Origin: an uncultured Flavobacteriales bacterium
Lineage (GTDB): Bacteria; Bacteroidota; Bacteroidia; Flavobacteriales; UBA1820
Length of the DNA: 64,000 nucleotides
NCBI GenBank assembly: GCA_959608625.1
Contig: CAUHQV010000004.1
Span: 6,503-70,502, forward strand
Direction: 5' to 3'
Shown: positions 1-10,423 of the stretch, one piece after another
Layout of the letters: each line of letters starts with the position of its first letter
Numbering within the stretch: position 1 is the stretch's first letter
The notes under the pieces: generated by a model
What the model was told of the DNA's origin: nothing
What the model saw: the letters and a program-made list of their open reading frames with translations, nothing else
Database searches by the model: none
Program-made: the position numbers and the translations under genes

Positions 1-688
1 CGCGGTGATGGAGAACCGTTCGGATGAAATATCCCTCCTTGCGGTACAGGGACCTCTGGCGGCCGAAGCCATGCAACCCCTGACGGACATAGACTTGGCA
101 TCCATGCCTTATTATACGTTTAAGACCGGCCGTTTTGCCGGGCTGGGCGATGTGATCGTTTCCGCTACCGGGTATACCGGTGCGGGCGGCTTCGAGGTGT
201 ACATCCCCAATGCGGCGGCCGAAAAAGTATGGAACGCCGTATTCGAGGCCGGAAAGCCGCTCGGGATCGCACCCGCAGGGCTCGGTGCCCGGGATACGCT
301 GCGTCTGGAAAAAGGGTTCAGCCTCTATGGCAACGATATCGACGATACCACTTCGCCTATCGAAGCCGGATTGGGATGGATCACCAAATTCACCAAAGAA
401 TTTACCGACTCCCAACTGCTGAAAAAGCAGAAAGAGGAGGGTGTTTCCCGCAAACTGGTAGGGCTGGAACTGCTGGACAAGGGCATCGCCCGCCACGGCT
501 ATCCGGTGACCGACGCTGCCGGGAACCAGATCGGATATATCACCTCCGGGACGATGGCCCCTTCGCTCAAAAAAGCGATCGCAATGGGCTATGTCCCTAC
601 GACTATGGCCGCACCGGGAAGTGAGGTATACGTCGAGGTCCGGGGCAAATTGCTCAAGGCCCTGGTGGTGAAAATGCCTTTCGAATAG
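1..688 (+). CDS. gcvT: glycine cleavage system aminomethyltransferase (T protein), C-terminal ~227 aa; 5' end outside window
   Basis: ORF is open to the window edge. [11 protein letters not shown] and [13 protein letters not shown] stretches are typical of GcvT. A hairpin (tgccggatttccggca) follows the stop. Confidence 0.85.
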   Translation, partial: AVMENRSDEISLLAVQGPLAAEAMQPLTDIDLASMPYYTFKTGRFAGLGDVIVSATGYTGAGGFEVYIPNAAAEKVWNAVFEAGKPLGIAPAGLGARDTLRLEKGFSLYGNDIDDTTSPIEAGLGWITKFTKEFTDSQLLKKQKEEGVSRKLVGLELLDKGIARHGYPVTDAAGNQIGYITSGTMAPSLKKAIAMGYVPTTMAAPGSEVYVEVRGKLLKALVVKMPFE

Positions 689-794
689 GCGAAAACCAGA
701 TATTATTTTTGAAAAAACAGCCTGCCGGATTTCCGGCACGCTCTTGTTTTGACTGTATCATGCAGGGCTGTCCCTGCACAACCTCAATAATAAA

Positions 795-1118
795 ATGAGT
801 ATTAATTGGCTTTATTTACTGCTGGCCGGCATTTTCGAGATCGGCTGGCCTCTGGGATTCAAGCTCTCCCACGGTTCACCCCACAAACTCCTTTGGATAG
901 GAGTGTCCGTCGTCAGCATGGCGCTGAGCGGCTATTTCCTGTACATCGCGCAAAAGACGATACCTATCGGTACGGCCTATATCGTATGGACGGGAATCGG
1001 CGGGCTGGGTACCCTTCTGATCGGTATCCTGTTCTTCGGGGATAGTGCGAGTATGCTGCGCCTGTTTTCCGCCCTGCTGGTGATCGTAGGTCTGGTGGGG
1101 ATAAAGGTCGCTTCGTAG
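795..1118 (+). CDS. sugE: SMR-family small multidrug resistance / guanidinium exporter (SugE/Gdx-like), 107 aa
   Basis: Protein of four TM helices and about 105 aa. It has the conserved membrane Glu (FEIGWP) and the WTGIGGLG motif typical of the SugE/Gdx subfamily. Confidence 0.85.
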   Translation: MSINWLYLLLAGIFEIGWPLGFKLSHGSPHKLLWIGVSVVSMALSGYFLYIAQKTIPIGTAYIVWTGIGGLGTLLIGILFFGDSASMLRLFSALLVIVGLVGIKVAS

Positions 1119-1135
1119 GCTGACACACGGTTTGT

Positions 1136-1173
1136 AAAAAAGGGGCCCGGAAAAATCCGGGCCCCTTTGTTTA
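1136..1173. terminator. bidirectional intrinsic terminator between convergent sugE and NUDIX genes
   Basis: 11-bp GC-rich stem aggggcccgga/tccgggcccct with an aaaa loop, flanked by an A-run upstream and a T-rich tail downstream. Confidence 0.6.
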
Positions 1174-1186
1174 TAGGCAATGCCCG

Positions 1187-1744
1187 CTAGAGCAAATGGT
1201 TTTCCGCAAAATACCGCCACAAAGGGGCGGCGTGCGTGGCCTGTTTGATCCGGTCTTCGGCGAGCAATTCCCGGACTTGTTCCAGGGAGAGGATATGGAC
1301 GGACAGGTCTTCGGTCGGATCCAGATGGCGGGTAGTGATGGGTTCCACATCGGCGGCGACAAAACAGTGAGTCAGGTTGGTCTGGGTGCTCGGGTTGGCG
1401 GAGATGGCCATCAGTTTGTGCCATTTGCCGCCACCGAAGCCCGTTTCTTCCGCCAGTTCCCTTTGCGCCGCCTGCAGGGGGGAAGGGTCGTTCGGTTCGC
1501 ATACCCCGGCGCAGAGTTCGAATTCGGTGATGCCCAGCCCGTGGCGGTATTGCCGTACGAACACGAAATTCCCGTCTTTGGTGCGGGCGATCGTGTTGAC
1601 CCATTCCGGGTATTCCAGTACGTAGTATTCGGGGACGATACGCCCATCGGGCAGTTCCAATACGTCGCGGCGGGCAGTGAGCCAGGGGCGCTGCGAGATG
1701 TAGTGGCTTTCCAGTACTTTTACTTTATCTTTTTCTCTTTCCAT
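1187..1744 (-). CDS. NUDIX hydrolase
   Basis: Nudix box GVCEPNDPSPLQAAQRELAEETG matches the GX5EX7REUXEEXGU pattern. Confidence 0.85.
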   Translation of the reverse strand: MEREKDKVKVLESHYISQRPWLTARRDVLELPDGRIVPEYYVLEYPEWVNTIARTKDGNFVFVRQYRHGLGITEFELCAGVCEPNDPSPLQAAQRELAEETGFGGGKWHKLMAISANPSTQTNLTHCFVAADVEPITTRHLDPTEDLSVHILSLEQVRELLAEDRIKQATHAAPLWRYFAENHLL

Positions 1745-1883
1745 CGTTATTGAAGAAGTTTTTTTCGGGTATTATTTTGCAGATGGTTTCGGTTGAATGA
1801 AAAACCGCAGGAAACAATACGGTCGTGCGATCGATACGTATCGGCTCCTGCGGTCGTATTTTGTACGGTCGCTCAGGGCGGTT

Positions 1884-2843
1884 TTACTGCCGTTTGCGGG
1901 AGATTACGCGCTCGGCCTTGGTCACGATGGCCTCGGCGTTCAGGTGGTATTTGTCCATCAGCTCCGAAGGAGTGCCGGATTCCCCGAACGTATCCATTAC
2001 GGCTACGAATTCCTGCGGTACGGGGTTGTTGCGTACCAGTACCGAGGCGATGCTTTCTCCCAGGCCGCCTTTGATGTTGTGCTCTTCGGCGGAAACCAGA
2101 CAACCGGTTGCGGCCACGGAGTCCAGGATGGCTTTTTCATCGAGCGGCTTGATGGTATGCATATCGATCACCTCGGCGGAAATGCCGCGGCCTTCGAGGA
2201 TTTCGGCGGCTTTCAGGGCTTCCCATACCAAATGTCCCGTAGCTACGATGGTTACGTCGCGCCCTTCGTTGATTTTCAGGGCTTTTCCGATCTCGAACGG
2301 CTGGTCTGCCGGGATGAAAGTAGGCACTTTCGGGCGCCCGAAACGCAGGTAAACGGGGCCTGTGTATTTGGCGATGGCCTTGGTGGCGGCTTTGGTCTGG
2401 TTGTAGTCGCACGGGTTGATCACCACCATGCCGGGAAGCATTTTCATCATGCCGATGTCTTCCAGCGTCTGATGGGTAGCGCCGTCCTCGCCCAAAGTGA
2501 GCCCTGCGTGCGAAGCGCATATTTTGACATTTTTACCCGAATAAGCGATGCTCTGGCGTATCTGGTCGTACACGCGGGCGGTAGAGAAGTTGGCGAAAGT
2601 ACCGGTGAACGGTATCTTGCCTCCTATGGTCATGCCGGCGGCGATGCACATCATGTTGGCCTCGGCGATACCGGTCTGGAAAAAACGGTCGGGATGCTCC
2701 TTGGCGAAAGTATCCATTTTTAGCGAACCGGTGAGGTCGGCGCACAGAGCTACTACATCGGGGTTTTCGTTCCCCAGTTCCGTCAGCGCGTCGCCGAATC
2801 CGCTGCGGGTGTCGTTATTGCCGAGTATTTCGTATTTCTTCAT
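1884..2843 (-). CDS. transketolase, C-terminal (pyrimidine-binding plus C-terminal domain) subunit
   Basis: 319 aa with GIAEANMMCIAAGM and HAGLTLGEDGATHQ motifs. It lies directly downstream of the N-terminal subunit gene, the arrangement of a split transketolase. Confidence 0.9.
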   Translation of the reverse strand: MKKYEILGNNDTRSGFGDALTELGNENPDVVALCADLTGSLKMDTFAKEHPDRFFQTGIAEANMMCIAAGMTIGGKIPFTGTFANFSTARVYDQIRQSIAYSGKNVKICASHAGLTLGEDGATHQTLEDIGMMKMLPGMVVINPCDYNQTKAATKAIAKYTGPVYLRFGRPKVPTFIPADQPFEIGKALKINEGRDVTIVATGHLVWEALKAAEILEGRGISAEVIDMHTIKPLDEKAILDSVAATGCLVSAEEHNIKGGLGESIASVLVRNNPVPQEFVAVMDTFGESGTPSELMDKYHLNAEAIVTKAERVISRKRQ

Positions 2844-2867
2844 GTTTTTTTTGGATGCCTTTTGGGA

Positions 2868-3716
2868 TTAATAATCGCCGAGGGTCTCGGGGTTCTGAGC
2901 CAGGGCGCTTTCGAGCTGTTCCTTGTTGGGGGCCTGCCCGTGCCATTTGCAGGTGTGCATCATGAAATCCACCCCGTTGCCCATCATGGTCTTCATGATC
3001 ACGGCTACCGGGCGGCCTTTGCCGGTCATGGCCTTGGCTTTTTCCAGCCCGAATATTACTTGTTCGACATCGTTGCCGTCGCCGATGTGAACCACATCCC
3101 ATCCGAAGGCACGGAATTTATCTTCCAGGTTGCCCAACGACATGACTTGATCGGTCGTGCCGTCGATCTGGCATCCGTTGGCGTCTATGGTGGAGATCAG
3201 GTTGTCCACTCCTTTGGAGCCCGCATACATGATGGCCTCCCATATCTGGCCCTCTTCCAGTTCCCCGTCCCCGTGGAGGGAATATACCAGGTGTTGGTCC
3301 TTGTTGAGCTTTTTCGCCAGCGCGGCGCCTATGGCTACCGACATGCCCTGTCCGAGCGAACCCGAGGCCATGCGGATACCGGGAAGCCCTTCTTTGGTAG
3401 TGGGGTGCCCCTGCAGGCGCGAGTTGATGCGGCGGAACGTAGCCAGTTCCGATACCGGAAAATAACCGGTACGGGCCAGTACGGAATAGAGCAGGGCGGA
3501 CAGGTGTCCGTTGGACAAAAAGAAAAGATCCTGGTCTTTTCCATCCGGGTCGAACGGCGTGGACTTGTGGCTCATTACTTTGTTGAACAGGGCCACCATG
3601 AATTCCGTGCAGCCGAGCGAACCGCCGGGATGTCCGGAGTTCACAGCCCCTATCATGCGCAGGATATCCCTACGGGTCTGCGTGCAGAGGTCTTTAAGAG
3701 AGTATTTCGATGACAT
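2868..3716 (-). CDS. transketolase, N-terminal (thiamine-diphosphate-binding) subunit
   Basis: 282 aa with SGHPGGSLG and the GDGELEEGQIWEA TPP-binding motif. Confidence 0.9.
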   Translation of the reverse strand: MSSKYSLKDLCTQTRRDILRMIGAVNSGHPGGSLGCTEFMVALFNKVMSHKSTPFDPDGKDQDLFFLSNGHLSALLYSVLARTGYFPVSELATFRRINSRLQGHPTTKEGLPGIRMASGSLGQGMSVAIGAALAKKLNKDQHLVYSLHGDGELEEGQIWEAIMYAGSKGVDNLISTIDANGCQIDGTTDQVMSLGNLEDKFRAFGWDVVHIGDGNDVEQVIFGLEKAKAMTGKGRPVAVIMKTMMGNGVDFMMHTCKWHGQAPNKEQLESALAQNPETLGDY

Positions 3717-3748
3717 TACGAGTGTGTAGTGTTTTGATAATGCAGGTG

Positions 3749-3756
3749 CAAAGTTA
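3749..3756 (-). promoter_or_regulatory. Bacteroidota -7 promoter element (TAACTTTG) for the transketolase operon
   Basis: Matches TAnnTTTG on the minus strand, about 33 nt upstream of the 3716 start. Confidence 0.45.
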
Positions 3757-3854
3757 GTGTTTTCCCCTGAAAACCCGGTATCCGGTTTTTCCGTTTTTCA
3801 AACGTTTTTTCCTCTTATTTGCCCTAATCGGGGAAAGGCCTGTGCCGGGCAGTA

Positions 3855-4070
3855 TTATGCCGGTATTTCTTCGGCCCGGTATCCGGCCGCCTGTACAGCC
3901 CGGACTATTTCCGGGACGCCTACGGGCGAATCCGTCACCGTCAGGGTCTTATCCGGGCTGGAGAGGTCGAAGGACCAGGAGCCGGCCGGGAGTACTTTGG
4001 AGAGTTCACCGTCTATTTTGGCTGTGCACCCGCCGCATTTGGCGCTGGTGCGGAATTTTAGTTTCCTCAT
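3855..4070 (-). CDS. heavy-metal-associated (HMA) domain protein, CopZ-like metallochaperone
   Basis: 71 aa with an N-terminal CGGC (CxxC) metal-binding motif in an HMA-sized beta-alpha-beta fold length. It lies directly downstream of copA on the same strand. Confidence 0.7.
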   Translation of the reverse strand: MRKLKFRTSAKCGGCTAKIDGELSKVLPAGSWSFDLSSPDKTLTVTDSPVGVPEIVRAVQAAGYRAEEIPA

Positions 4071-4109
4071 GTTTTATCGTGTATTATCGTTTGCTTGAAA
4101 GAATAGTTC

Positions 4110-6326
4110 TCAAATCTTGCTGCGTCCCAGTCTCAGGGCGTTGGCCACCACCGAAACGGAACTCAGGGCCATCGCCGCCCCGGCCCACATCGGGTTGAGC
4201 AGTATCCCGTAAAAAGGATAGAGCACCCCGGCGGCAATGGGAATACCGATGACATTATATATAAAAGCCCAGAAAAGGTTCTGGCGGATCAGCCGGACAG
4301 TGCGCCGGGAGAGGTTCACTGCCTTGGGCAACAGCATCAGGTCGGAAGTCATCAGGGTGACCATCGCCACGTCCATCGCGATGTCCGTACCGCGTCCCAT
4401 CGCGATACCCACGTTGGCCGAAGCCAACGCCTGCGAATCGTTGATGCCATCCCCGACCATGGCGACGGTCTTGCCTTCCTGCTGGAATTTTTCGATGAAT
4501 TTGGCTTTATCGTCGGGCATCAGGGCGGCATGGTAATGTTTAATGCCGGCTTGGGCAGCGATGAACGCCGCCGTTTTTTCGGAGTCGCCGGTGAGCATAT
4601 GGACTTCGATCCCCTGTCGGGTCAACTGCTCTACGGCCTGCCGCGAAGTGGGTTTGAGCGGGTCGCTGATAGCTATCACGCACAGAGGAACACCCCCCTG
4701 GCCGAAAAATACGATGCTTTTCCCTTCGTTCTGCCAGCGGGATACGGTGTCCGAAAGGTCTTTTTCGAGCTTTTCGACGAATTCGAGACAGAAATTCAGG
4801 CTTCCGGCCCAGTAGGTTTCCCCGTCTACGGTAGTCCGTATGCCTTTACCGGTAACGGACTCGAAAGTATCCAGGGCGATGTCTTCGGCACCTTTGTTTT
4901 TCAGGTAGGCGACTACGGCCAGCCCCAGCGGGTGCTCCGATTTATTCTCCATCGAATAGAGGATATCCTTGTTGCGTTTGAGCAAGTACCCCAGATCCAT
5001 GAACTGCGAGACCTTCGGGCTGCCTACGGTGAGTGTCCCGGTCTTGTCCATCGCCATCACATTTACCCGGCAGAGGTTTTCGAGGGCGAAAGCGTCTTTG
5101 ATCAGGATATGGTTTTCCGCTCCTTTTCCGATGCCGACCATCAGGGCGGTAGGGGTGGCCAGTCCTAAAGCGCAAGGGCAGGCGATCACCAGTACCGAAA
5201 CCGCCGATACGATGGCCATGTGCAGGTAGGAAGTGCCTCCGATCCACAACCAAACCACCAGAGTGAGTATTGCCACGCCCATGACCACGGGGACGAATAT
5301 CCCGGCGATCTTGTCCACGATCCGCTGGACGGGAGCTTTGCTGCCCTGGGCCTCTTCGACCATCAGGATAATGCGGGCCAACACGGTATCGGCACCCACC
5401 TGGGTCGCCTCCACGATAAAAGTCCCCCGTTGGTTGATGGTGCCGGAAAGGACTTTGTCCCCCGCGCTTTTGCGTACAGGTACCGGTTCCCCGCTGATCA
5501 TGCTTTCATCCACGTAGGACGAGCCGTCGACCACTTTTCCATCCACCGGGATACGTTCGCCGGGGCGGACGCTGATCTTGTAGCCCACTTTTATCATGCC
5601 GATAGGCATATCCTTTTCCCCTTCGTCGGTCACTACCCGGGCCGTCTTGGGCTGCAGGCCCATCAGTTTGCGGATCGCGGACGAAGTGTTTCCTTTGGCG
5701 CGTTCTTCCAGGAGTTTGCCCAGCAGCACGAATGCGATGATCATACCTGCCGCTTCGTAATAGACATGCACCTGCATGCCGCGGGACGACAGGAAATCGG
5801 GGAATATCGTGTTGAAAAGGCTGAAAAGGAAGGCTACCGAAGTGCTCAGGGCTACCAGGGTGTCCATGTTGGCCGCCCCGTGGCGGGCCTGTTTGACCGC
5901 ATTCACGAAAAAGCTGCGCCCGTAATAAAGGATAGGCAGCGTCATGGCCAGCATAACCCAGTCCGCATGGGTATTGTCCATGAAGACCATCGACACGACC
6001 ATCAGGGGAATGGCCAGTACCCAGGCCGCTATCGTGCGGAAGCGCAGCCGCCGGTAACGTTCCCGTTGTTTTTCTTCTTTCTTTTCCTCCGTATTGTCGC
6101 TGCCTATCAGGATGTCGTACCCGATGGCCCGTATCTGTGCCTGTATATCGGAAAGGCTCACCACCGACCGGTCGTAGGTGAGGCTCATGTCCCCGGAAGC
6201 GAAATTCACGTCCGCCGACAGTACGCCCGGGATGGAGCGTGTTTTGCTCTCCACATTGTTGGCGCACACGGCGCAGTTCATTTCCAGCACCGGGACGATC
6301 GTTTTCTGTATATTGTTCTTAGCCAT
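4110..6326 (-). CDS. copA: copper-translocating P1B-type ATPase
   Basis: N-terminal HMA motif (MNCAVCANN), CPC motif in the TM helix ([11 protein letters not shown]), DKTGTLT phosphorylation site, GDGINDS hinge and HP dipeptide. Confidence 0.95.
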   Translation of the reverse strand: MAKNNIQKTIVPVLEMNCAVCANNVESKTRSIPGVLSADVNFASGDMSLTYDRSVVSLSDIQAQIRAIGYDILIGSDNTEEKKEEKQRERYRRLRFRTIAAWVLAIPLMVVSMVFMDNTHADWVMLAMTLPILYYGRSFFVNAVKQARHGAANMDTLVALSTSVAFLFSLFNTIFPDFLSSRGMQVHVYYEAAGMIIAFVLLGKLLEERAKGNTSSAIRKLMGLQPKTARVVTDEGEKDMPIGMIKVGYKISVRPGERIPVDGKVVDGSSYVDESMISGEPVPVRKSAGDKVLSGTINQRGTFIVEATQVGADTVLARIILMVEEAQGSKAPVQRIVDKIAGIFVPVVMGVAILTLVVWLWIGGTSYLHMAIVSAVSVLVIACPCALGLATPTALMVGIGKGAENHILIKDAFALENLCRVNVMAMDKTGTLTVGSPKVSQFMDLGYLLKRNKDILYSMENKSEHPLGLAVVAYLKNKGAEDIALDTFESVTGKGIRTTVDGETYWAGSLNFCLEFVEKLEKDLSDTVSRWQNEGKSIVFFGQGGVPLCVIAISDPLKPTSRQAVEQLTRQGIEVHMLTGDSEKTAAFIAAQAGIKHYHAALMPDDKAKFIEKFQQEGKTVAMVGDGINDSQALASANVGIAMGRGTDIAMDVAMVTLMTSDLMLLPKAVNLSRRTVRLIRQNLFWAFIYNVIGIPIAAGVLYPFYGILLNPMWAGAAMALSSVSVVANALRLGRSKI

Positions 6327-6462
6327 ACTGCAAAACAGAGCCCCGGTTTCAGACCGGGACTAATAATGTAAAGGTACACAAAAAACCGCTCGCAGGCAAG
6401 GGGAAATGGTTTCCGTAAGTGTTATTGCTTTTCCGGGCCGGAGCGAGGTTTTGAAAAATCAC

Positions 6463-6470
6463 TATATTTG
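6463..6470 (+). promoter_or_regulatory. Bacteroidota -7 promoter element (TATATTTG) for the hdr-flx operon
   Basis: Exact TAnnTTTG match about 70 nt upstream of the hdrC ATG at 6539. Confidence 0.5.
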
Positions 6471-6538
6471 GAATCTGAAAGGAAGGCTCCCCGCAAGCGG
6501 GCCGGTCCCTGCAACATCAAGAAATAAAATTTTGACAG

Positions 6539-7099
6539 ATGGCTGAAAATCAAGATATACGTGCCGGCGTGAAAGACGGTACCGGGGTGGATGTGTCCCA
6601 TTGCTACCAGTGCGGGAAATGTTCCGCAGGCTGTGTGCAGGCCCAGGATATGGACTATCCCCCCAGTTATGTGATGCGCCTTCTCCAGACGGGCGATACA
6701 GCCGATTGTCAGGCCGTACTGCGCAGCCGTACTATTTGGCGGTGCCTGAACTGTGAGAATTGTTACCAGCGTTGCCCCATGTCGATAGATATCCCATCGG
6801 TCATGGATGCTTTGCGGCAGGAATCCCTGCGCAAAGGTTTGCAACATAAGGATGCCAAAAAGATCATCGCCTTCCACCGGGCTTTCCTCTCCCAGATAGA
6901 AAATACGGGGCGGCTGTACGAAGTAGGCATGGAAGTGGAGTACAAGCTGGCTACCGGCGATTTTTTCCAGGACGTAGACCTGGTACCCGGGATGTTTTCC
7001 CGTGGTAAGCTCGGACTGCTGCCCGAACGGATAAAAGGTCGCAAAGGGGTGAAAAATATATTCAAAAAGACCATCAAAGCCAAAAAGAACGGAAAATGA
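6539..7099 (+). CDS. hdrC: heterodisulfide reductase subunit C-like (2x[4Fe-4S] ferredoxin domain)
   Basis: Two Cys clusters, CYQCGKCSAGC and CLNCENCYQRCP. The stop overlaps the hdrB start (ATGA at 7096-7099). Confidence 0.8.
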   Translation: MAENQDIRAGVKDGTGVDVSHCYQCGKCSAGCVQAQDMDYPPSYVMRLLQTGDTADCQAVLRSRTIWRCLNCENCYQRCPMSIDIPSVMDALRQESLRKGLQHKDAKKIIAFHRAFLSQIENTGRLYEVGMEVEYKLATGDFFQDVDLVPGMFSRGKLGLLPERIKGRKGVKNIFKKTIKAKKNGK

Positions 7100-7935
7100 A
7101 AACAGGATTTTACCCCGGATGTTCCCTGAAAGGCTCGTCCCGCGAATACGCCGAATCGGTGGTGGCGCTGGCCCGGGCCCTCGATATGCCGTTGGAGGAA
7201 ATAAAGGACTGGAACTGCTGCGGGGCTTCTTCCGCCCATGCGGTGGATAAGGATTTGGCCCTGGCGCTCCCTTCCCGGGTGCTGGCGCTGGCCGCAGCCC
7301 AGGGTTTCGACGAGATTGTTGTACCCTGTGCCGCCTGTTACAACCGCTTGGCCCTTTCCCAGCACGAGCTGGCGGAAAAACCGTCCCTGAAAGATAAAAT
7401 AGAGAAAATACTCGAAATGAGCCTGTCCCCGGTGAAGATACTCAACGTACTTCAATGGATCGAAAAATACGCTCCCGGCAAGGTAAAAGAAAAACGGGTA
7501 AAACCTTTCGGTAAGAAAGTGGCCTGCTATTACGGCTGCCTTTTGGTACGTCCGGCCAGTGTGCTCGGTTTCGACCGGACGGAAGACCCGCAGACGATGG
7601 ACGAGTTGATGGCGGAAGCCGGTGCTATGCCCATTGACTGGGCTTTCAAGACGGAATGCTGCGGCGGAGGGATGACTATTCCCGCCACCAAGACCATCGC
7701 ACGGCTTTCCGGCGACGTGCTTTCCGATGCGGCGGCCCGTGGGGCGGAAGCCGTCATCGTGGCCTGCCCGATGTGCCACGCCAACCTGGATATGCGCCGG
7801 AGGGCTGTCAACAAACAATTGGAACGCCCGGTCGACATTCCGGTATTGTACATTACCCAGGCGCTGGGTCTTTCGGTGGGAGTATCTCCGGAGGAGTTGG
7901 GTGTAAAACGGCATTTTGTGCCCGTAAACCTTTAA
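7096..7935 (+). CDS. hdrB: heterodisulfide reductase subunit B-like (two CCG domains)
   Basis: Two CCG motifs (WNCCGASS and ECCGGGM) plus CPMCHANLD, the hallmark of the HdrB non-cubane Fe-S site. Confidence 0.85.
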   Translation: MKTGFYPGCSLKGSSREYAESVVALARALDMPLEEIKDWNCCGASSAHAVDKDLALALPSRVLALAAAQGFDEIVVPCAACYNRLALSQHELAEKPSLKDKIEKILEMSLSPVKILNVLQWIEKYAPGKVKEKRVKPFGKKVACYYGCLLVRPASVLGFDRTEDPQTMDELMAEAGAMPIDWAFKTECCGGGMTIPATKTIARLSGDVLSDAAARGAEAVIVACPMCHANLDMRRRAVNKQLERPVDIPVLYITQALGLSVGVSPEELGVKRHFVPVNL

Positions 7936-7947
7936 ACGAAAACGATT

Positions 7948-9948
7948 ATGTCTAAAATAGGAGTATTCGTATGCCACTGCGGCGAAAATATCGGAGCGAC
8001 GGTCGACTGTGAAAAAGTGGCCGCCGAGATCGCCAAGATGGAGGGGGTGGAAGTGAGCATGGATTACAAATACATGTGTTCCGATCCCGGTCAGACGATG
8101 ATCAAGGATGCGATCCGCGAGAAAGGCCTCGATGGGGTGGTGGTGGCCGCCTGTTCGCCCCGTATGCATGAGACGACGTTCCGCAAGGCCTGTTCCGAGG
8201 CCTGCCTGAACCCGTATATGTGCGAGATCGCCAATATCCGCGAGCACTGCTCGTGGGTGCATGAAAAGGGCGGCGCCACTACGGAAAAAGCCATAGACCT
8301 GGTGCGGATGCAGGTGGAAAAGGTCAAACGCGACCGGCCGCTCAATCCCATCAAAGTGCCTGTCACCAAAAAAGCGCTGGTGATCGGCGGCGGTATCGCC
8401 GGTATCCAAGCGGCGCTGGATATCGCCAATTCCGGGCATAAAGTGATCCTGGTGGAAAAAGAACCCTCCATCGGCGGACACATGTCCCAGCTTTCGGAAA
8501 CGTTCCCGACGCTCGACTGTTCGCAGTGTATCCTCACTCCGCGTATGGTGGAGGTGGCCCAGCACCCGAACATCACCCTGCATACTTATGCGGAAGTCGA
8601 GGGCCTCGAGGGTTTTATCGGCAATTTTACGGCCCGTATCCGGCTCAAGGCGCGCAGTATCGACTTGGAAAAATGCACCGGCTGCGGGGCTTGTACGACC
8701 AAATGCCCGACCAAGAAAATACCCAGCGAATTCAATGCGGCTATGGGGCTGCGTACCGCTATCTATACGCCGTTCCCGCAGGCAGTTCCCAACAAACCGG
8801 TGATCGACAAGGAACATTGTATGTACTACCGCACCGGAAAGTGCAAATTGTGCGAGAAAACCTGCCCCACGGGCGCGATCGCCTTCGACCAGGAAGACCG
8901 GATCATTACCGAACAAGTGGGAGCCGTGGTAGTGGCTACCGGCTTCGACGTGGTGAAGACCGACTTTTTCCCCGAATACGGCTACGGAAAGTACAAGGAT
9001 GTGATCACCGGGCTCCAGTTCGAGCGCCTGGCTTCGGCTTCCGGCCCTACGATGGGCGAGATTCGTCGTCCCTCGGACGGTAAGATCCCGCAAAAGATCG
9101 TATTCGTGGCCTGTGCCGGTTCCCGCGACCCTGCCAAAGGCAAGCCGTATTGCTCTAAAATATGCTGCATGTACACGGCCAAGCACGCCATGTTGTACCA
9201 GCACAAGGTACACGGCGGGGATTCCTATGTATTTTATATGGATATCCGCGCGGCAGGTAAGGATTACGACGAATTCGTGCGCCGGGCCATCGAAGAGGAC
9301 GGTGTGAACTATATCCGCGGCCGGGTGTCGCGCATTTACGAGCGGGACGGCAAACTCATCGTCAAAGGGGCCGATACCCTTTTGGGTGCGCGGCCGGTGG
9401 AGATCGAAGCCGACATGGTGGTGCTTGCTACGGCGGGCGTGGCCAACCAGGGGGCCGAATCCCTGGCGCAGAAGCTCCATATCTCCTACGACCGGTACAA
9501 TTTCTTTGCCGAGGCGCATCCCAAACTCAAACCGGTGGAGACCAATACGGCGGGTATTTTCCTGGCGGGAGCCTGCCAAAGCCCCAAGGATATTCCCGAA
9601 ACGGTAGCCGCGGCTTCCGGTGCGGCGGTAAAGGTGGCCGGGCTGTTCTCGCGGGACGAACTGGTGCGCGAACCGGTGGTGGCAGTGGTCAACCGAACGG
9701 CCCCTCCGCTATTCTCCACTTGTGTAGGATGCGGATTGTGCATCCAGATATGCCCATACCAGGCCATAGACATGGAACCCATTACGGCGCGCGACGGCAG
9801 TGTCCTGAAAGTTGTGGCCAACATCAATCCCGGCCTGTGCCAGGGATGCGGGACGTGTGTGGCTTTCTGCCGTAGCAAGAGCATAGACCTCCAAGGATTT
9901 ACCAACGAAGAAATGTTCGCACAGGTGCTTACCGCCCTCAGCGAGTAA
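7948..9948 (+). CDS. hdrA: heterodisulfide reductase subunit A-like FAD/Fe-S flavoprotein
   Basis: Rossmann FAD motif VIGGGIAGIQAALD, HdrA signature CAGSRDx8CSKICC and several CxxCxxCxxxC ferredoxin motifs. Length 666 aa. Confidence 0.9.
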   Translation: MSKIGVFVCHCGENIGATVDCEKVAAEIAKMEGVEVSMDYKYMCSDPGQTMIKDAIREKGLDGVVVAACSPRMHETTFRKACSEACLNPYMCEIANIREHCSWVHEKGGATTEKAIDLVRMQVEKVKRDRPLNPIKVPVTKKALVIGGGIAGIQAALDIANSGHKVILVEKEPSIGGHMSQLSETFPTLDCSQCILTPRMVEVAQHPNITLHTYAEVEGLEGFIGNFTARIRLKARSIDLEKCTGCGACTTKCPTKKIPSEFNAAMGLRTAIYTPFPQAVPNKPVIDKEHCMYYRTGKCKLCEKTCPTGAIAFDQEDRIITEQVGAVVVATGFDVVKTDFFPEYGYGKYKDVITGLQFERLASASGPTMGEIRRPSDGKIPQKIVFVACAGSRDPAKGKPYCSKICCMYTAKHAMLYQHKVHGGDSYVFYMDIRAAGKDYDEFVRRAIEEDGVNYIRGRVSRIYERDGKLIVKGADTLLGARPVEIEADMVVLATAGVANQGAESLAQKLHISYDRYNFFAEAHPKLKPVETNTAGIFLAGACQSPKDIPETVAAASGAAVKVAGLFSRDELVREPVVAVVNRTAPPLFSTCVGCGLCIQICPYQAIDMEPITARDGSVLKVVANINPGLCQGCGTCVAFCRSKSIDLQGFTNEEMFAQVLTALSE

Positions 9949-9958
9949 AGGATAACAG

Positions 9959-10423
9959 ATGGAAGAACAAGATAATACACAGTTCGAACCCAAAATCGTG
10001 GCTTTCGTGTGCAACTGGTGTACCTATGCCGGGGCCGACCTGACGGGAACCAGCCGCATGAAATACGCCTCCAACGTCCGGATCGTGCGCTTCCCTTGCA
10101 CGGGACGCATCGATTTTATGTTGATACTGAAAGCTTTCGCTTCGGGAGCCGATGGGGTCATCGTATCGGGTTGCCACCCGAACGACTGCCACTATACCGC
10201 CGGTAATTTCCATGCCCGCCGTCGTTGGATGGTACTCCGCGGGTTGTTGGAATACCTCGGAGTGGACGTGCGCCGGATCAAATTTTCGTGGGTGTCGGCA
10301 GGCGAGGGCGCCAAATGGGCCGAACTGGTAAACGATACGGTGGGTGAAGTCCGCGAACTGGGGCCTTACGCCGATTACCGAAAAGCGGCCGATTACCTGA
10401 AAAACGGAGTATACAATGGATAA
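9959..10423 (+). CDS. mvhD: MvhD/FlxD-like (methyl-viologen-reducing hydrogenase delta subunit family) [2Fe-2S] protein
   Basis: N-terminal FVCNWCTYAGADLTG motif followed by RFPCTGR and SGCHPNDCHY, typical of the MvhD family. It overlaps the next gene by 8 nt. Confidence 0.85.
   Translation: MEEQDNTQFEPKIVAFVCNWCTYAGADLTGTSRMKYASNVRIVRFPCTGRIDFMLILKAFASGADGVIVSGCHPNDCHYTAGNFHARRRWMVLRGLLEYLGVDVRRIKFSWVSAGEGAKWAELVNDTVGEVRELGPYADYRKAADYLKNGVYNG

Noticed and set aside
689-794. A possible guanidine riboswitch (ykkC, mini-ykkC or ykkC-III) upstream of the SugE/Gdx-like gene.
   Set aside because: Guanidine riboswitches often precede sugE/gdx genes. I could not find paired ACGR-loop hairpins, the ykkC-III pseudoknot consensus or the ykkC core motifs here. 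The only clear hairpin (tgccggatttccggca plus a T-rich tail) reads as the gcvT terminator. An Infernal scan would settle it.
6763-9579. A 938-aa ORF on the minus strand spanning hdrC, hdrB and hdrA.
   Set aside because: It is antisense to three genes with unambiguous Hdr motifs. Its composition is R/G/H/F/V-rich with no recognisable motif, signal or start context. This is a typical GC-driven shadow ORF.
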